Source of the DNA: Rhodobacterales bacterium | Lineage (GTDB): Bacteria; Pseudomonadota; Alphaproteobacteria; Rhodobacterales; CAZPXZ01 | DNA length: 64,000 nt | Reading direction: 5' to 3' | NCBI GenBank assembly: GCA_965219495.1 | Contig: OZ244777.1 | Location: 1,398,419 to 1,462,418 of the forward strand | Shown: one piece after another, positions 1 through 11,389 of the stretch | Position numbering within the stretch: position 1 is the stretch's first letter | Layout of the letters: each line of letters starts with the position of its first letter | The notes under the pieces: generated by a model | What the model saw: the letters and a program-made list of their open reading frames with translations, nothing else | Databases searched by the model: none | What the model was told of the DNA's origin: nothing | Translations under genes and position numbers: made by a program

Positions 1-249
1 GCTTGGTGCTGCAGAGAACCGAGCGGGACAAGATCCAGAATCAGCGACACCAAGGCATTCGCCGCGCCGCCTGACTGCGGCCGGCCGAGCCAACGCCGTC
101 GGCATGCGCCCCGGCCCTGGCCGGGGCCCCGTCCTCATGGCGGAAGATCGTCGGCATCCTCGACATTCGCGCGAAACCCGCCCCCAACCGCTCATTCACG
201 GCGCCAGGGGCCGAATTCCGCGCCGGGCGCCTGGGCCGGAAACCTCGCG

Positions 250-273
250 CCGGGTTCAAAACCCGGAATTTTT
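250..273 (+). terminator. rho-independent terminator-like hairpin
   Basis: Stem CCGGGTT (250-256) pairs with AACCCGG (260-266) across a 3-nt loop, followed by AATTTTTG. The T-run exists only on the + strand. Confidence 0.45.
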
Positions 274-283
274 GCACAGACAC

Positions 284-982
284 TATCTAGGTTTCGTCGA
301 TTTCGACAATGAAGCCGGCGGCGCCATGGGTGCGGACGAGTTGGCCCGGCTGGTTGGCAACGAAGGGGTGGTTCTTGAAACCCGGGGATCGGTCGGTTCT
401 GCCCAGGCGCAATTGCGCCACAAGTGCTTTAATGATTGCATGGCATCAGCCTATTCAACTATCGAAGTTCGGTCGTTGAACACGGAATGGGCGGCGGATA
501 ACGCATATTCCATGGTTCTTGACGCGTTTACGCAGAACCCCGACATCAAAGGCGTGTTCAGCCACAACGACGAAATGGTTCGTGGAATTGTTTCGGCTCT
601 GCGGCAAATCGGCAAGCTGATTCCGACGGGCGAAGGGGGCCATGTCGCGGTGGTCGGGCTTGACGGCACACCGCTCGGCCTCGATCGCATTCGGGAAGGC
701 ACCCAGGATGCTTCGGTCGGGCAAGACCCAATCGCCATGGGTGGCGCGATCCTGGATCAAATGATCGCCTACTTCGAGGGAGAGTCTTACGAGCCGTTTG
801 CGGTCACGCAACCCGTGCTGATCAACGCGGACAACGTCAACGACCCTACTCATTGGGGAAACTTCCAGCAGCCGCTTCGCCAGAACACTGGCGCGAATGA
901 GGCAGCAGCGCTAATGCGTCTCCTTGCGGGGTTCGGACCCGGGTCATTTTGTCCGAATTCCTGTCTTTTGCCATTCGGATGA
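284..982 (+). pseudogene. periplasmic sugar-binding protein (RbsB/LacI-type PBP) fragment, N-terminal part missing
   Basis: ORF 104-982 from about aa 61 (YLGFVDFDNEAGG...VFSHNDEMVRGIVSAL...VVGLDGTPLGLDRIREGTQDASVGQDPIAMGG) looks like the distal two thirds of a sugar ABC substrate-binding protein. There is no signal peptide or N-lobe. The upstream residues are unrelated, and a terminator hairpin lies just 5' of the homology. Confidence 0.5.
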
Positions 983-1141
983 AAGCCAATGGCGGGCATA
1001 TTCGGTCGCCACCAGAAACACTCCGCATGATCGCAGCGAAATTGCTCTTTCAAGTCTTTGTCCGGATGAATCCAACGGACTGAATTTCGTGCATGGAACC
1101 TGCTTCGTGCCCAGTTTCCCGCTTCCGCGCCGTGATCCGAT

Positions 1142-2413
1142 TCAACAGGTAATTCCAAACTCAGTGTAAGGAATAAATGCCACCGTTTCACCGGCCGCCA
1201 CTTCCACCGTGTCCTCGTGAAGTTCCACCAACCCCTCCGACCAGCGCAATCCCGAAATCAGCCCAGACCCTTCAGAACGGAATTTCTCCGCAGCGCCGGC
1301 CTCGTTCAGCCTTGCGCGCAAGAACTCCCTGCGACCGCGTTTTTTTCGAATATCCGCCGCAAGCGGCACTTGATACCGGCGTGGCTCATTCCAACCCGCT
1401 CCAGCGAGACGCAGCAGCGCGGGGCGGGCAAACACCAAGAAACAGACGAACACGGCGACCGGATTGCCAGGCAAGCCGAAAACAGGCATTCCATCCCAGT
1501 TTCCCATGATCAGGGGTCGGCCTGGCTTCACTGCAACGCGCCAGACGTGGAGACTTCCCGCTTCTGCAAGCGCCCGCGATATGTGATCCTCATCGCCTCC
1601 CGATGCACCGCCCGAAGTCACGACGGCATCGCACCGGTCCCGCGCTTCCTTGAGCGCAGAGCGGACGGTCGCGCCTTCGTCCCCGGCAATTCCTAGATCC
1701 ACGCATTCGAACCCCTGTTCCTGCACTAACGCTCTCAACATGGGCCGGTTGGCATCCGCGACCGCATCCGGACTCAGGGAAGGCTCCGCTTCACGAATTT
1801 CGTCTCCGGTGGAGAGAATCCCGACTCGAAGCCGTTTCTTCACGCGCAGGCTCGACGCGCCTGAGGATGCGGCCTGCGCAAGATCCTGCGGTCGAAGCCG
1901 GTTTCCCTCTTCGACAGCCACCGCTCCCCTGGCAAGATCTTCACCGGCGGCGCGCGTATTGGCGCCCGGCCTTGGGGCACGGAGGATTTTCACCCATCCA
2001 TCTCCCGCTTCGGTTTCTTCCTGCAGTACAACCGTATCTGCACCCGCAGGCACGGGCGCGCCGGTGAGAATTCGAAGCGCTTGTCCACTAGCGAGCGTAC
2101 CGTTGAACGGATGGCCGGCGGCGGCGCGCCCTTTGGTTAGTGGAAGCCTGCCCGCCTTCTTTCCGGCCAGCGAAGCCGCCGCATAGGCATAGCCATCCAC
2201 GGCCGCGTTCGGACACCTCGGCACGTCCCAGTACGCGTGCACCGGTTCGGCTGCGATCCTTCCTGCTGCCTCGGACAGCGGAACCTCTTCGACACCGGTG
2301 AGCGACTGGAGCCGTTCCTCCAGCACGCGAAGCGCTTCGTCAACTGGTGTCCAATAAACCCCGGGCGGTAGCGCGAAGCAATCGTCGGCCAGAGGACGCT
2401 GATTACTCATCAA
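1142..2413 (-). CDS. moeA: molybdopterin molybdotransferase MoeA
   Basis: 423-aa ORF with typical MoeA length and motifs (PPGVYWTPVDEAL..., GILSTGDE, VVTSGGASGGDEDH, VAVKPGRP, FGLPGNPVA). It overlaps mobB by 11 nt. Confidence 0.9.
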   Translation of the reverse strand: MMSNQRPLADDCFALPPGVYWTPVDEALRVLEERLQSLTGVEEVPLSEAAGRIAAEPVHAYWDVPRCPNAAVDGYAYAAASLAGKKAGRLPLTKGRAAAGHPFNGTLASGQALRILTGAPVPAGADTVVLQEETEAGDGWVKILRAPRPGANTRAAGEDLARGAVAVEEGNRLRPQDLAQAASSGASSLRVKKRLRVGILSTGDEIREAEPSLSPDAVADANRPMLRALVQEQGFECVDLGIAGDEGATVRSALKEARDRCDAVVTSGGASGGDEDHISRALAEAGSLHVWRVAVKPGRPLIMGNWDGMPVFGLPGNPVAVFVCFLVFARPALLRLAGAGWNEPRRYQVPLAADIRKKRGRREFLRARLNEAGAAEKFRSEGSGLISGLRWSEGLVELHEDTVEVAAGETVAFIPYTEFGITC

Positions 2414-2924
2414 CGGAATTTCCCGCCGAAATCAGGCGGCATTCACCGAGAATGAAGTCGGCGATCCCGGCCACGTCATCCAATTCAAACACCGGCACCG
2501 AAATCCCTTCGGGCGGCGAGTCGCAAGCTACTCCCCGCACTGTTGGGTCGGCCACCGCGATCGGCTCCCTCCCGGTCGCATGCCGCCAGGCTTCAAGCTT
2601 GGGGTGTGTTTCCCCCTTGAAGCCCTCGACCAAGATGAGATCGACAAGCGACAGGCGCTGCAGAAGTTCGTCAAGCGTCGGTTCTGCCGAGCCCCGCAAC
2701 TCCGCCATCAAGGCCCAGCGCAGGCGCGAGGAAACCACCACCTCTTGTGCGCCGGCCTTACGATGGCGCCAAGAATCGCGCCCCGGTTGGTCGACGTCGA
2801 ACCCATGATGTGCATGCTTGACGGTCGAAACCCGGAATCCGCGCGAACTGATTTCCGATACCAGCCGTTCCACCAGCGTGGTCTTGCCGCCGTTCTTCCA
2901 CCCAACCACACCGAAAACACGCAT
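2403..2924 (-). CDS. mobB: molybdopterin-guanine dinucleotide biosynthesis adaptor MobB
   Basis: 173 aa with N-terminal P-loop VVGWKNGGKTTL, then STVKHAHHGFDVDQPGRDSWRH. The start shares 1 nt with the mobA stop. Confidence 0.9.
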   Translation of the reverse strand: MRVFGVVGWKNGGKTTLVERLVSEISSRGFRVSTVKHAHHGFDVDQPGRDSWRHRKAGAQEVVVSSRLRWALMAELRGSAEPTLDELLQRLSLVDLILVEGFKGETHPKLEAWRHATGREPIAVADPTVRGVACDSPPEGISVPVFELDDVAGIADFILGECRLISAGNSVDE

Positions 2925-3562
2925 CAGGCCGACTCAGCGAACATTTGGGCGGACTGGTTCAGGTCGGCGGGCGTATTGACATTGAAGAAAGGGTCGCGAT
3001 CGCTGATATCGAATTCCGCACGTGCCCAACCATGCGCGTCTGTCCAATCGAGAACTTTGCGGATTCCATGGTCTTCGATCGCCCTTCGCAGGTTTGCTGC
3101 CAAGCGGACGGGCCACAATCCAATCACGGGATGGTCCCGGAATTGGCCGCCCTCCCTCGTAGAGGCGAGGGCGATCGGTTTTTCCGCTCGGTTCGCCGCC
3201 GCGTGCAAGGATTCCACCAAATCCAAGGGCAAGAACGGGGTGTCTGCCGCGGCCGTTACGATGTGCGTAAACTTGCAGGCGTTATCCCCTGCCCACTCAA
3301 GCCCGGCGAGAACCCCGCCGAGCGGGCCGGGATTGCCGGGGATCGTATCCGCCACAACTTCCAGTCCAAACACCGCAAACCGTCCGGAGTCACCGTTTGC
3401 ATTTAGAACCATCTGCGCACATTGCGGTTGCAACGCCCGAATGACATGCGCAAGAATGGGCTCCCCTCCGAGTTCCAACAAACATTTGTCGCCACCGCCC
3501 ATCCGCCTCGACAGTCCGCCGGCAAGCACGACCCCGAGAGTCTGCTCCCTGAAGATCATCAC
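2924..3562 (-). CDS. mobA: molybdenum cofactor guanylyltransferase MobA
   Basis: 212 aa with the MobA signature LGVVLAGGLSRRMGGGDKCLLELGG. There is a 4-nt overlap with the fdhD stop. Confidence 0.9.
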   Translation of the reverse strand: MMIFREQTLGVVLAGGLSRRMGGGDKCLLELGGEPILAHVIRALQPQCAQMVLNANGDSGRFAVFGLEVVADTIPGNPGPLGGVLAGLEWAGDNACKFTHIVTAAADTPFLPLDLVESLHAAANRAEKPIALASTREGGQFRDHPVIGLWPVRLAANLRRAIEDHGIRKVLDWTDAHGWARAEFDISDRDPFFNVNTPADLNQSAQMFAESA

Positions 3563-4449
3563 TCCGCTCTCCGGCTGCCCTTACGAACCGAACCCGGCGG
3601 TTCATCCGCCACTTCTTCTGGCGCCTGATCGTAAACCAGGCGATCCGCACCAGACAGGCACACGAACCTCCGGCCTCTCATTCGGCCGATGAGCGTCATC
3701 CCGACCTCCCGGGCAATCTCAACGCCCCACGCGGTAAAGCCGGAGCGTGATGCCAAGGTGGGTATGCCCATCATGGCCGTTTTCAGAATCATCTCGGATG
3801 TAAGACGGCCAGTCGTATAGAAGATCTTGTCCGCCGCCGGAATTTTCCGCATCGCCATCAGGCCGGCGATCTTGTCGACCGCATTGTGTCGGCCCACATC
3901 TTCCATATAGACCAGGGGCTCGTCAGCGCGACAAAGCACACATCCATGAATCGCTCCCGCGCTCAGATAAAGCGACGGGCGTGTGTTGATCTTGCGGGCA
4001 AGGGCGTAGAGCCAGCCGGTTCTTACTTCGTTCCCGGGCAACTGAACGCCGGAAACCATCTCCATCATGTCTCCGAACACGGTGCCCACCGCACACCCGG
4101 AGGTACGTGTGGCCCGTCGCAGTTTTTCTTCGTAGTCGGTCGTGCGGGCAGTTCGCACTACCACGACACCGAGCTCCTGGTCGTAATCCGCACCATCTAT
4201 GCAGTCTTCCACCTGGATCAGCCCCTGATTCAGCAGATAGCCGATGCCCAGATACTCAGGAAAATCGCCAATGGTCATCACGGTAACGATCTCGCGATCG
4301 TTCAGGTAAATTGTCAGGCCACGCTCTTCAACAACGCGAATCTCGACGCTGCCTCCTTCATGATCGATTCCCGTTACCGGTCGTGAAAGGCGTGGATTGT
4401 CCGGTTCCGGCGCGATCGAAAACTCTTCCATTCTCCCTCTGCCTGCCAT
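3559..4449 (-). CDS. fdhD: formate dehydrogenase accessory sulfurtransferase FdhD
   Basis: 296 aa containing TSGCAVGTVFGD and MEDVGRHNAVDKIAG, both characteristic of FdhD. Confidence 0.9.
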   Translation of the reverse strand: MAGRGRMEEFSIAPEPDNPRLSRPVTGIDHEGGSVEIRVVEERGLTIYLNDREIVTVMTIGDFPEYLGIGYLLNQGLIQVEDCIDGADYDQELGVVVVRTARTTDYEEKLRRATRTSGCAVGTVFGDMMEMVSGVQLPGNEVRTGWLYALARKINTRPSLYLSAGAIHGCVLCRADEPLVYMEDVGRHNAVDKIAGLMAMRKIPAADKIFYTTGRLTSEMILKTAMMGIPTLASRSGFTAWGVEIAREVGMTLIGRMRGRRFVCLSGADRLVYDQAPEEVADEPPGSVRKGSRRAE

Positions 4450-4982
4450 TCGACTTCACCGTTCAACCAAATGCGTCAAATTTTGCCCTCGATACTTCCC
4501 ACCTGTTGTGCTCTCACAATTTCCGCCTGCGATCGGCATTCCCGCAAACGGATACCATAATCTCGCGCACGCCGAATCAAAAAGCGAGTTTCAGATGTCA
4601 CTGGATCATTGTTCCTTGCGACAATCCAACGCGCATTAATTTCCCCGGAAACGCCTTGGAACCGAAGACAGCGCGATCTCGCCGGTTCTGACCGTCCCGC
4701 ACTCGCCGGATTGAACACCATTTCCGACTCAATAGGCGGATGAGAAATCCCATGAGCGACGAAGTTTGACCGACATCGGACGCACTGGCAAGAGGGTTCC
4801 TTTGGAAATGCTTGCTCGATATCGAGGTCGATTCTTGAGGTATTTGGGTGAAATTCGCTCCTTGCACGGACAGCACAATTGCATGACTGATCGCGCAACT
4901 ATCGCCGGATTTGTTGGCGAGTTTCGTTTCAAGTATGAGGCGCGACCCGCAGGTCTGATTTCGAAAGGAACCTAGTAGATTC

Positions 4983-5594
4983 ATGAAAAGTTCAAATCGT
5001 CCCATTCTGACATCAACAATTCCAGGCGATGCTGATGATCGGATGGACAAGCGGCAAGATGGATCCGACGTACCATCCGAGACGGGCGGATACTCGCCCT
5101 TATCGATTGTGTCTCACTGGTCGGCGGCAATCCTCATCGCGGTGTTGTTTCTGACCCACGAAGGCGCTCCCGGCAGCCTGGCGCATTTCCTTCACGTGAG
5201 CGGTGGCGCTCTCGCCGGTCTCTTCCTTCTCTGGCGCGTTTGGCATCGCGTGAGTCGAGGCGTGCCTCCTCTGCCGGACCAGGCGTTCATACTCAACGTC
5301 CTGGCGAGAAGCGTGCAATGGGGACTCTTGATCACCATTGTCATCGTTGTGATCAGCGGATACTTGCTTCCCTGGACCCAAGGGCGCCCCTTGGAGGCAT
5401 TCGGCTTGGCAATCCCCTCACCAATGGCGGCAAACGGGGACTTTCACCAACTCGTCGAAACGGCACACGATGTCGCGGGACATCTATTTGTGCCTCTGCT
5501 GATCCTCCACATTCTGGGAACGGTCAAACACGCTGTTGTCGACAGGGACGGTATCGCTCGTCGCATGTTCCGGCCGGTGGGCAATGGCCGCTGA
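4983..5594 (+). CDS. cytochrome b561 family membrane protein
   Basis: 203 aa with LSIVSHWSAAILIAVLF, then further hydrophobic helices and conserved His (HDVAGHLFVPLLILHILG), CybB-like. The start is uncertain; ATG at 5043 is an alternative. Confidence 0.65.
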   Translation: MKSSNRPILTSTIPGDADDRMDKRQDGSDVPSETGGYSPLSIVSHWSAAILIAVLFLTHEGAPGSLAHFLHVSGGALAGLFLLWRVWHRVSRGVPPLPDQAFILNVLARSVQWGLLITIVIVVISGYLLPWTQGRPLEAFGLAIPSPMAANGDFHQLVETAHDVAGHLFVPLLILHILGTVKHAVVDRDGIARRMFRPVGNGR

Positions 5595-5707
5595 CTGAAT
5601 CGACTTTGAGGCCAGCGCCAATGTTGTGCTGGAGCAGTTGAGTTCTCCAGTGCAGACAGGGTTTGCCTTGCTTCGACGCGCCGCTGGCGCGAAACGCGCA
5701 CTCAACT

Positions 5708-8122
5708 TCAAGTGCGCAGCACACCACCCGTCGCTTCTTCGACCCTGGATATGATCTTCTTTCCGACACGTTCGATCGCGGATTCAGAAAGTGTCTCGTT
5801 CCGGGGCTGCAACCGGACACTGATTGCAATCGACTTTTTCCCTGGACCGAAGTGTTCTTCCGCCTGTGACCCTTCAAATACGTCGAATACATGGACGGAT
5901 TCGATCAGTTCACGTTCGGCGCCCCGCGCTGCCCGCACCAGGTCTTTTGCCTGAACTTGCTCGTCGAGCGTGAACGCAAAATCACGGTCCACAGCCTGAA
6001 AATTTGCAATTTCCAGTGGAGGGCGGGCGCCTCGCCCGCGCTTGGGGAACGGGAGATTCTCAATGTTGAGTTCGAACGCGGCGACCGGTTCTTCGAGTTC
6101 GAACTCCTCAACCAACCGGGGATGCAGTTCCCCGAACACCGCCAAAGGCTTTCCCCGAACGAACCCGAGCGTCCCGGACCGCCCTGGATGGTACCAGGCG
6201 GGAGCCTCCGCGTGCGCATCCAGCCGGTTCACCGGTCCTCCCAGTGCGGAAACCAGTGCCAGCGCATCGGCCTTCACATCAAACACATCGGCCGGACGAC
6301 AATGCTCGTTCCACGCCCTTCGTGACGCATCTCCCATACGCAGCGCGGCAGCCATGTTTTGCTGTGCGCCCGGAGCGCCACCGTAAAACTCCGGTCCGAC
6401 TTCGAACAACCCGAGATCCCGGTATCCCCGCGCACGATTTCGTGCGGCCGCCCTCAACAAAGCCGGCAACAGGGAGGGGCGCATAACCGCGAGATCGTTT
6501 GAAATCGGGTTGTCCAGTTGAAGCTCCGAATACTTGCACCCAAATCTCTCCGCATCCTCGGCAGAGACGAACGAATAGCACACGCATTCGTTCAGGCCTC
6601 GCGCCGCGAGCGCGCGCCGCGCCAAGGCGACCCGGCGTTGCATTCGGTCCAACGCGGGGACGGCAACTCCGGAGCGCCGCCTAGGAAGCGGGGTTGCCTC
6701 GATCCGGGACAAGGACGCAATTCGCGCGACTTCTTCAACGAGGTCCGCCTCGCCTTCGACATCCGGCCTCCAGCTGGGCACCGCTACCCTGAGCACCTCT
6801 CCGGCAACCTCGACCTTGAAGCCGAGCGCAGTCAGGATGCGCCGCTGTTCCCGCCCCGGAAGGTCCATCGCCAAGAGCGCCTTGAGACGAGCGGGCCGAT
6901 AGTCGATCGCGCGAGCGGTGTCCGGAACCGCGCCCGCGACAATCACGTCCGAGGCTTCCCCACCGCAGAATTCCAAGATCATCCTGGTTGCAATTTCAAT
7001 TCCAAAGGGGGTGAACGCGGGATCGATACCCCGTTCGAACCGGAATCGCGCGTCGGAAGAAATCCCCAACAACCGGCCCGTCGTTGCGGTTCGAACCGGA
7101 TCGAAATACGCCGACTCCAGTACAATGCTCGCGGTCCCTTCGGTGCACCCCGTCCACTCCCCGCCAATCACCCCGCCCAGCCCCTGCGGCCCGGAGGCGT
7201 CGCCGATCACGGTCATGCCCTCGCCAAGGGGATACTCCTTTCCATCGAGCGCCTTCATGGTCTCGCCCGGTTTTGCAAATCGGACAAGAATATCGCCCGT
7301 AATGCGATCCGCATCGAACACGTGCAGAGGACGGCAGAGATCATGGGTCATGTAATTGGTGATATCGACCAGCGCGCTGATCGGACGCAGCCCGACGGCG
7401 CGAAGGCGCCGCTGCATCCATTCCGGCGACGGACTGTTCTTCAGGCCGCGCAAATGGCGCCCGACGAAGATCGGGCATGCCCGATCTGCGACAGCCGAAT
7501 CCAGCGAGACGGCGATCGGACTCTTGTAAGAGCCCGGAATCCGGTCAATCGACTGCGGGCGCAACGCTCCCACCTTCCGCGCAGCCAGATCCCGCGCAAT
7601 CCCGCGCACCCCGAGAGCATCCGGCCGGTTGGGCGTGACTCCCACCGTAAACACCGGATCGTCGAGACCCGCGTGACTCGCGTAAGATTCACCGATTCTG
7701 GCGCCGCTCTCGAGTTCGATGATTCCTTCGTGTACATCGGATATCCCGAGTTCACGTTCCGAAAGCAACATGCCACGGGATTCCACGCCGCGAATTTTCG
7801 CCGCCCTCAGATCCAGGCCTGTCCCGGGAATACGCACGCCCGCGGGAGCGAAAACGCCGATCAAACCAGTGCGAGCGTTCGGCGCGCCGCAGATGACCTG
7901 CGCTTTTCCGTTGCCGGTATCGACTTGGCATACCGTGAGCCGGTCCGCATTCGGATGCGATTCCGCGGAGATAACTCTGGCTACGACGAACGAGGCGAAC
8001 GCCTGAGCCGGATCCGAAATTTCCTCGACCTCCAGGCCGAGATCGGTAAGCGCAGCGGCAACCTCGTCGGCGGAAGACTCGGTTTCCAGGTGCTCGAGCA
8101 ACCAGTTCAAGGTGAGTCTCAT
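5708..8122 (-). CDS. pheT: phenylalanine--tRNA ligase beta subunit
   Basis: 804 aa with a full-length PheT pattern ([12 protein letters not shown], tRNA-binding domain, B3/4, FDX-ACB C-terminus). It overlaps the pheS stop by 4 nt. Confidence 0.97.
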   Translation of the reverse strand: MRLTLNWLLEHLETESSADEVAAALTDLGLEVEEISDPAQAFASFVVARVISAESHPNADRLTVCQVDTGNGKAQVICGAPNARTGLIGVFAPAGVRIPGTGLDLRAAKIRGVESRGMLLSERELGISDVHEGIIELESGARIGESYASHAGLDDPVFTVGVTPNRPDALGVRGIARDLAARKVGALRPQSIDRIPGSYKSPIAVSLDSAVADRACPIFVGRHLRGLKNSPSPEWMQRRLRAVGLRPISALVDITNYMTHDLCRPLHVFDADRITGDILVRFAKPGETMKALDGKEYPLGEGMTVIGDASGPQGLGGVIGGEWTGCTEGTASIVLESAYFDPVRTATTGRLLGISSDARFRFERGIDPAFTPFGIEIATRMILEFCGGEASDVIVAGAVPDTARAIDYRPARLKALLAMDLPGREQRRILTALGFKVEVAGEVLRVAVPSWRPDVEGEADLVEEVARIASLSRIEATPLPRRRSGVAVPALDRMQRRVALARRALAARGLNECVCYSFVSAEDAERFGCKYSELQLDNPISNDLAVMRPSLLPALLRAAARNRARGYRDLGLFEVGPEFYGGAPGAQQNMAAALRMGDASRRAWNEHCRPADVFDVKADALALVSALGGPVNRLDAHAEAPAWYHPGRSGTLGFVRGKPLAVFGELHPRLVEEFELEEPVAAFELNIENLPFPKRGRGARPPLEIANFQAVDRDFAFTLDEQVQAKDLVRAARGAERELIESVHVFDVFEGSQAEEHFGPGKKSIAISVRLQPRNETLSESAIERVGKKIISRVEEATGGVLRT

Positions 8123-9207
8123 CGGGTGGCTCCCGAATCAACAGAGATTCCGGCGTGCACCGACGGCATCTCGAGCGGATCAAATCCGTAGTGCCGCAGC
8201 CACCGAATATCGCATTCGAAAAATGCGCGCAGATCCGGCATGCCGTATTTGAGCATGGTCAGGCGGTCGATGCCGAGTCCGAACGCGAATCCCTGCCATT
8301 CGCCGGGATCCACGCCACACGCCCTCAACACGTTCGGATGCACCATTCCGCATCCGAGTATCTCCAACCAGTCCTCCCCTTCGCCGAAAGCGAGGCGACC
8401 GCCCTCCCAGGAGCATCGGAGGTCGACCTCCGCGGATGGTTCGGTGAACGGAAAATGCGAGGCCCGAAACCGGAGTTCGACACTCTCCACCTCGAAGAAG
8501 GCTCGGCAGAATTCCTCCAGCGTCCAGCGCAATTGCGCCATGGTCACATCCCGGTCGATCGCCATGCCTTCGACCTGGTGAAACATGGGCGAGTGCGTGA
8601 CATCGCTGTCGCAACGATACGTGCGTCCCGGCGCGATGAAGCGCACCGGCGGACCAAGTTCGAGCGTGCGTATCTGCACTGGAGAAGTATGCGTCCGAAG
8701 AACCCGTCTCTCGCCATCCGCCTCGGCGAAGAAGAACGTGTCGTGTTCCTGACGCGCCGGATGTTCGGGAGGCATGTTCAAGGCATCGAAGTTGTAGAAC
8801 TCACTTTCGACATCCGGTCCTTCGCGCAAGTCAAAACCGAGATCCGCAAAAATCGCGATGATGGACTCCGTTACCTGGTTGACCGGATGGATCGTCCCGG
8901 CCGCCTCTGGACGGGTTGGCAGAGTCACGTCGACGCCTTCGGCGACGAGGCGCTCTTCAAGTTCCACCTCGGCGTATTCCGCCTGACGCTTCGCGATTTC
9001 AGACTCGATATGAACCCTCAGTCGGTTGAGCACAGTGCCGCGCTGGCGCCGCGCTTCGGGCTCCATCTTTCCAAGCCCGCGGACCAACCGGGTAATCTGC
9101 CCCTTTCTGCCAAGGGCAGCCACACGAACCGCTTCGAGAGCGGCGGTGTTTTCCGAAGCCTCGATTGCCTTGAGGTACGAGTTCTGCAGTTCTTCCAGAT
9201 CGGACAT
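8119..9207 (-). CDS. pheS: phenylalanine--tRNA ligase alpha subunit
   Basis: 362 aa carrying class II aaRS motifs ([53 protein letters not shown]). Confidence 0.97.
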   Translation of the reverse strand: MSDLEELQNSYLKAIEASENTAALEAVRVAALGRKGQITRLVRGLGKMEPEARRQRGTVLNRLRVHIESEIAKRQAEYAEVELEERLVAEGVDVTLPTRPEAAGTIHPVNQVTESIIAIFADLGFDLREGPDVESEFYNFDALNMPPEHPARQEHDTFFFAEADGERRVLRTHTSPVQIRTLELGPPVRFIAPGRTYRCDSDVTHSPMFHQVEGMAIDRDVTMAQLRWTLEEFCRAFFEVESVELRFRASHFPFTEPSAEVDLRCSWEGGRLAFGEGEDWLEILGCGMVHPNVLRACGVDPGEWQGFAFGLGIDRLTMLKYGMPDLRAFFECDIRWLRHYGFDPLEMPSVHAGISVDSGATR

Positions 9208-9247
9208 TCGACGAACAGCTTGCGGCTATTCCCCCATCGGGGAGATA

Positions 9248-9610
9248 TTATGCAATGGCTTTTTGGGCGCGCTCAAATATTGCGTCAAAGACTTCGGGCT
9301 CCCGAACCGCGAGATCTGCGAGCACTTTCCGGTCGCATTCAATCCCCGATTTCTTCAAGCCCTGTATAAAGCGGGAATAGGGAAAGGCAGGATCCCGAGC
9401 CCTCACCGCCGCATTGATACGCTGTATCCACAAGGTGCGAAAGTTGCGTTTGCGGACCTTTCGGTCCCGGGTCTGGTATTCCCGGGCGCGATCCACGGCC
9501 TGCATCGCGACCCGGATCGTGTTTTTGCGGCGGCCGGAATATCCCTTCGCGGCATTCAGAATCTTGCGGCGCCGGGCACGGCTGGCGACCGTGTATCTTG
9601 CTCGTGTCAT
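9248..9610 (-). CDS. rplT: 50S ribosomal protein L20
   Basis: 120 aa beginning [28 protein letters not shown]...[14 protein letters not shown]. Confidence 0.97.
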   Translation of the reverse strand: MTRARYTVASRARRRKILNAAKGYSGRRKNTIRVAMQAVDRAREYQTRDRKVRKRNFRTLWIQRINAAVRARDPAFPYSRFIQGLKKSGIECDRKVLADLAVREPEVFDAIFERAQKAIA

Positions 9611-9625
9611 CGTCGATTCCCCGCT

Positions 9626-9823
9626 TCAACCGTACGGAATGAATTTGCGGACGATCTTCTGGTCGGGAGCGGACAGGACTTCCATTCCCCGCGCCTTGCG
9701 AATGAACTTCGGCGTTCGCTTGATCATGCCGTGGCGCTTCCCAGTTTGTTGCGCCTTGATGCGCCCGTTTGCGGTTACCTTGAATCGCTTCTTGGCCCCC
9801 GACTTTGTCTTCAGCTTGGGCAT
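9626..9823 (-). CDS. rpmI: 50S ribosomal protein L35
   Basis: Internal ATG of ORF 9626-9946 gives a 65-aa protein, [37 protein letters not shown]. The start codon complement cat is at 9821-9823. Confidence 0.95.
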   Translation of the reverse strand: MPKLKTKSGAKKRFKVTANGRIKAQQTGKRHGMIKRTPKFIRKARGMEVLSAPDQKIVRKFIPYG

Positions 9824-10058
9824 TTCGTCCTCAAGAATGTGTTTGGACAACAGAAACAGCCGCCTCGGCAGCCCATTGCGAGCCGGGCGGCTCTGCTGAT
9901 CCCCGAAATACGGGAAATCGGGACGTTTGACAAGGGGGGCCGCCACGCGCCGCCTCCCTCCACAGTCCCAATTCTACTGTCTTGGGCAATCATACCTATC
10001 CGCAAGGGTTTCTCGGCGCCATTCCACGCCACTTGTGGCGAAGGCGCCTTCGGGCGAT

Positions 10059-11389
10059 TCAATCCGAAATCAGTTCGGTGATCTCACGCCGGAACGGAAC
10101 CGTGTCCCCGGTTACGGGAGCGCCGTCCAATTCTTCTGCGAATCGCCTGCCGGCAAAAACCGCATGAGCGATTGTCGCGGGCGCCAGCGCGTCACCGATT
10201 GCCTCGACGGTTTCTATACCCGCGTCTTCCCAAGAGTCCCTCACTGCTTTCAATTCGGCGACGATTTGATCCGAAGGAATTCTCGAAGTCACGAGGACGG
10301 TCGTGTCGGCTTCGATTGACTCGGCTCGGCCAGTGTGAACGCAAGAGACCGAGGCAACGCCGGGAGCAATTCGGTCGAGTTGGCGAAACGCCTCGATTCG
10401 GATGCCCTTTTCCAACATTCGCGCCTGTATGAAGTGCTGTTCCATCGTGTTGCGGGTCCAGGTCGAAGCCTCGGAAGCCGGGGTAATGTATGTCGTTTCG
10501 AACCCGCCGTCCGCGAGGCGCTCAGCCAGGACCCCGCCCATATAGAAGTGATCGTCGTCCCAGACCGCCACTTTCTTCCCGCTGGGCAACAGGCCGTCCA
10601 TCAGATCATCGGGAGTAAGAACCTCAGACCCCTCCGCAATGGGCACCGGTGTCTTCCAGCAGTAGCCGATTCCGTCGATGCGCCATCGGGCGCCGGTCGC
10701 TATCGCAACTCGGGGAAAGCCGAACTCCAGAATCGCCGCGGCGTCAAGCTCCGATTCCATGTACATCATGACGTTGGGAAGCTTGTGCAGTTGCCCGACC
10801 CGGTAGTCCCGGACCCGAATCCAGGCGGCGAGCCCCGGCAGCCGGCTCTCCCGGGTCACGCGACCGCCCGCCTCCGTGCTTCGTTCCGCCACGGTCACTT
10901 CGTAACCGCGCTTGCCCATCGCCTGAGCAGCCTCCAGGCCCGCCGGACCCGCTCCGACAATCAGCACGGCCTTGCCGCTCTCCTTGGGCCGGATGTATTC
11001 CGGATGCCATCCGCGCCGCCATTCCTCTCCCATGGAGGGGTTCTGGGTGCAGCGGATCGGCGACATCGTAAAGTCCCCCGACACACAGATATTGCACCCG
11101 ATGCACTCGCGTATGTCTTCCAGCCGCCCCTCCTCCACCTTCCTGGGCAGAAACGGGTCGGCGATCGACGGGCGTGCGCAACCGATCATGTCGACTATGC
11201 CTTTGCGGATGACGGAGACCATGCGATCGGGAGAGGTATAGCGGCCCACGCCAACCACAGGCTTGGTGGTAAGCTGCTTCACGCCCGCGATGAAGGGTTC
11301 CTGCCGCCCCTCCTCTCCAAAGCGGGATGTCTGGCTGTCGTTCTCCCACGGAGCAAGGCAAACGTCCCAAAGATCCGGGATTTCGGCAA
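10059..11389 (-). pseudogene. trimethylamine/dimethylamine dehydrogenase-like flavoprotein, C-terminal part (interrupted by IS)
   Basis: Translation EIPDLWDVCLAPWENDSQTSRF...KPVVGVGRYTSPDRM...GCARPSIADPFLPRKVEEGR...CIGCNICVS...LIVGAGPAGLEAA matches the 4Fe-4S and ADP-binding half of TMADH-type enzymes. The reading frame continues upstream of the listed ORF as far as the IS junction. Confidence 0.8.

Noticed and set aside
6518-8191. Long ORFs antisense to or out of frame with real genes. Examples are 6518-8191 (+, inside pheT), 8155-9369, 10335-11477, 11614-13056, 20213-21736, 30931-32325, 37992-39359, 50507-51763 and 54073-55383.
   Set aside because: Their products are Arg/Pro/Ala/Gly-rich and low in complexity. 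They fully overlap genes with strong family signatures. This is typical of open alternative frames in high-GC DNA.
9824-10058. Absence of infC upstream of rpmI-rplT, considered as a possible deletion or rearrangement signal.
   Set aside because: The interval contains a plausible promoter (TTGTCA-17-TATTTC on the minus strand) and no gene scar. infC is not universally linked to this cluster, so there is no evidence of an event.
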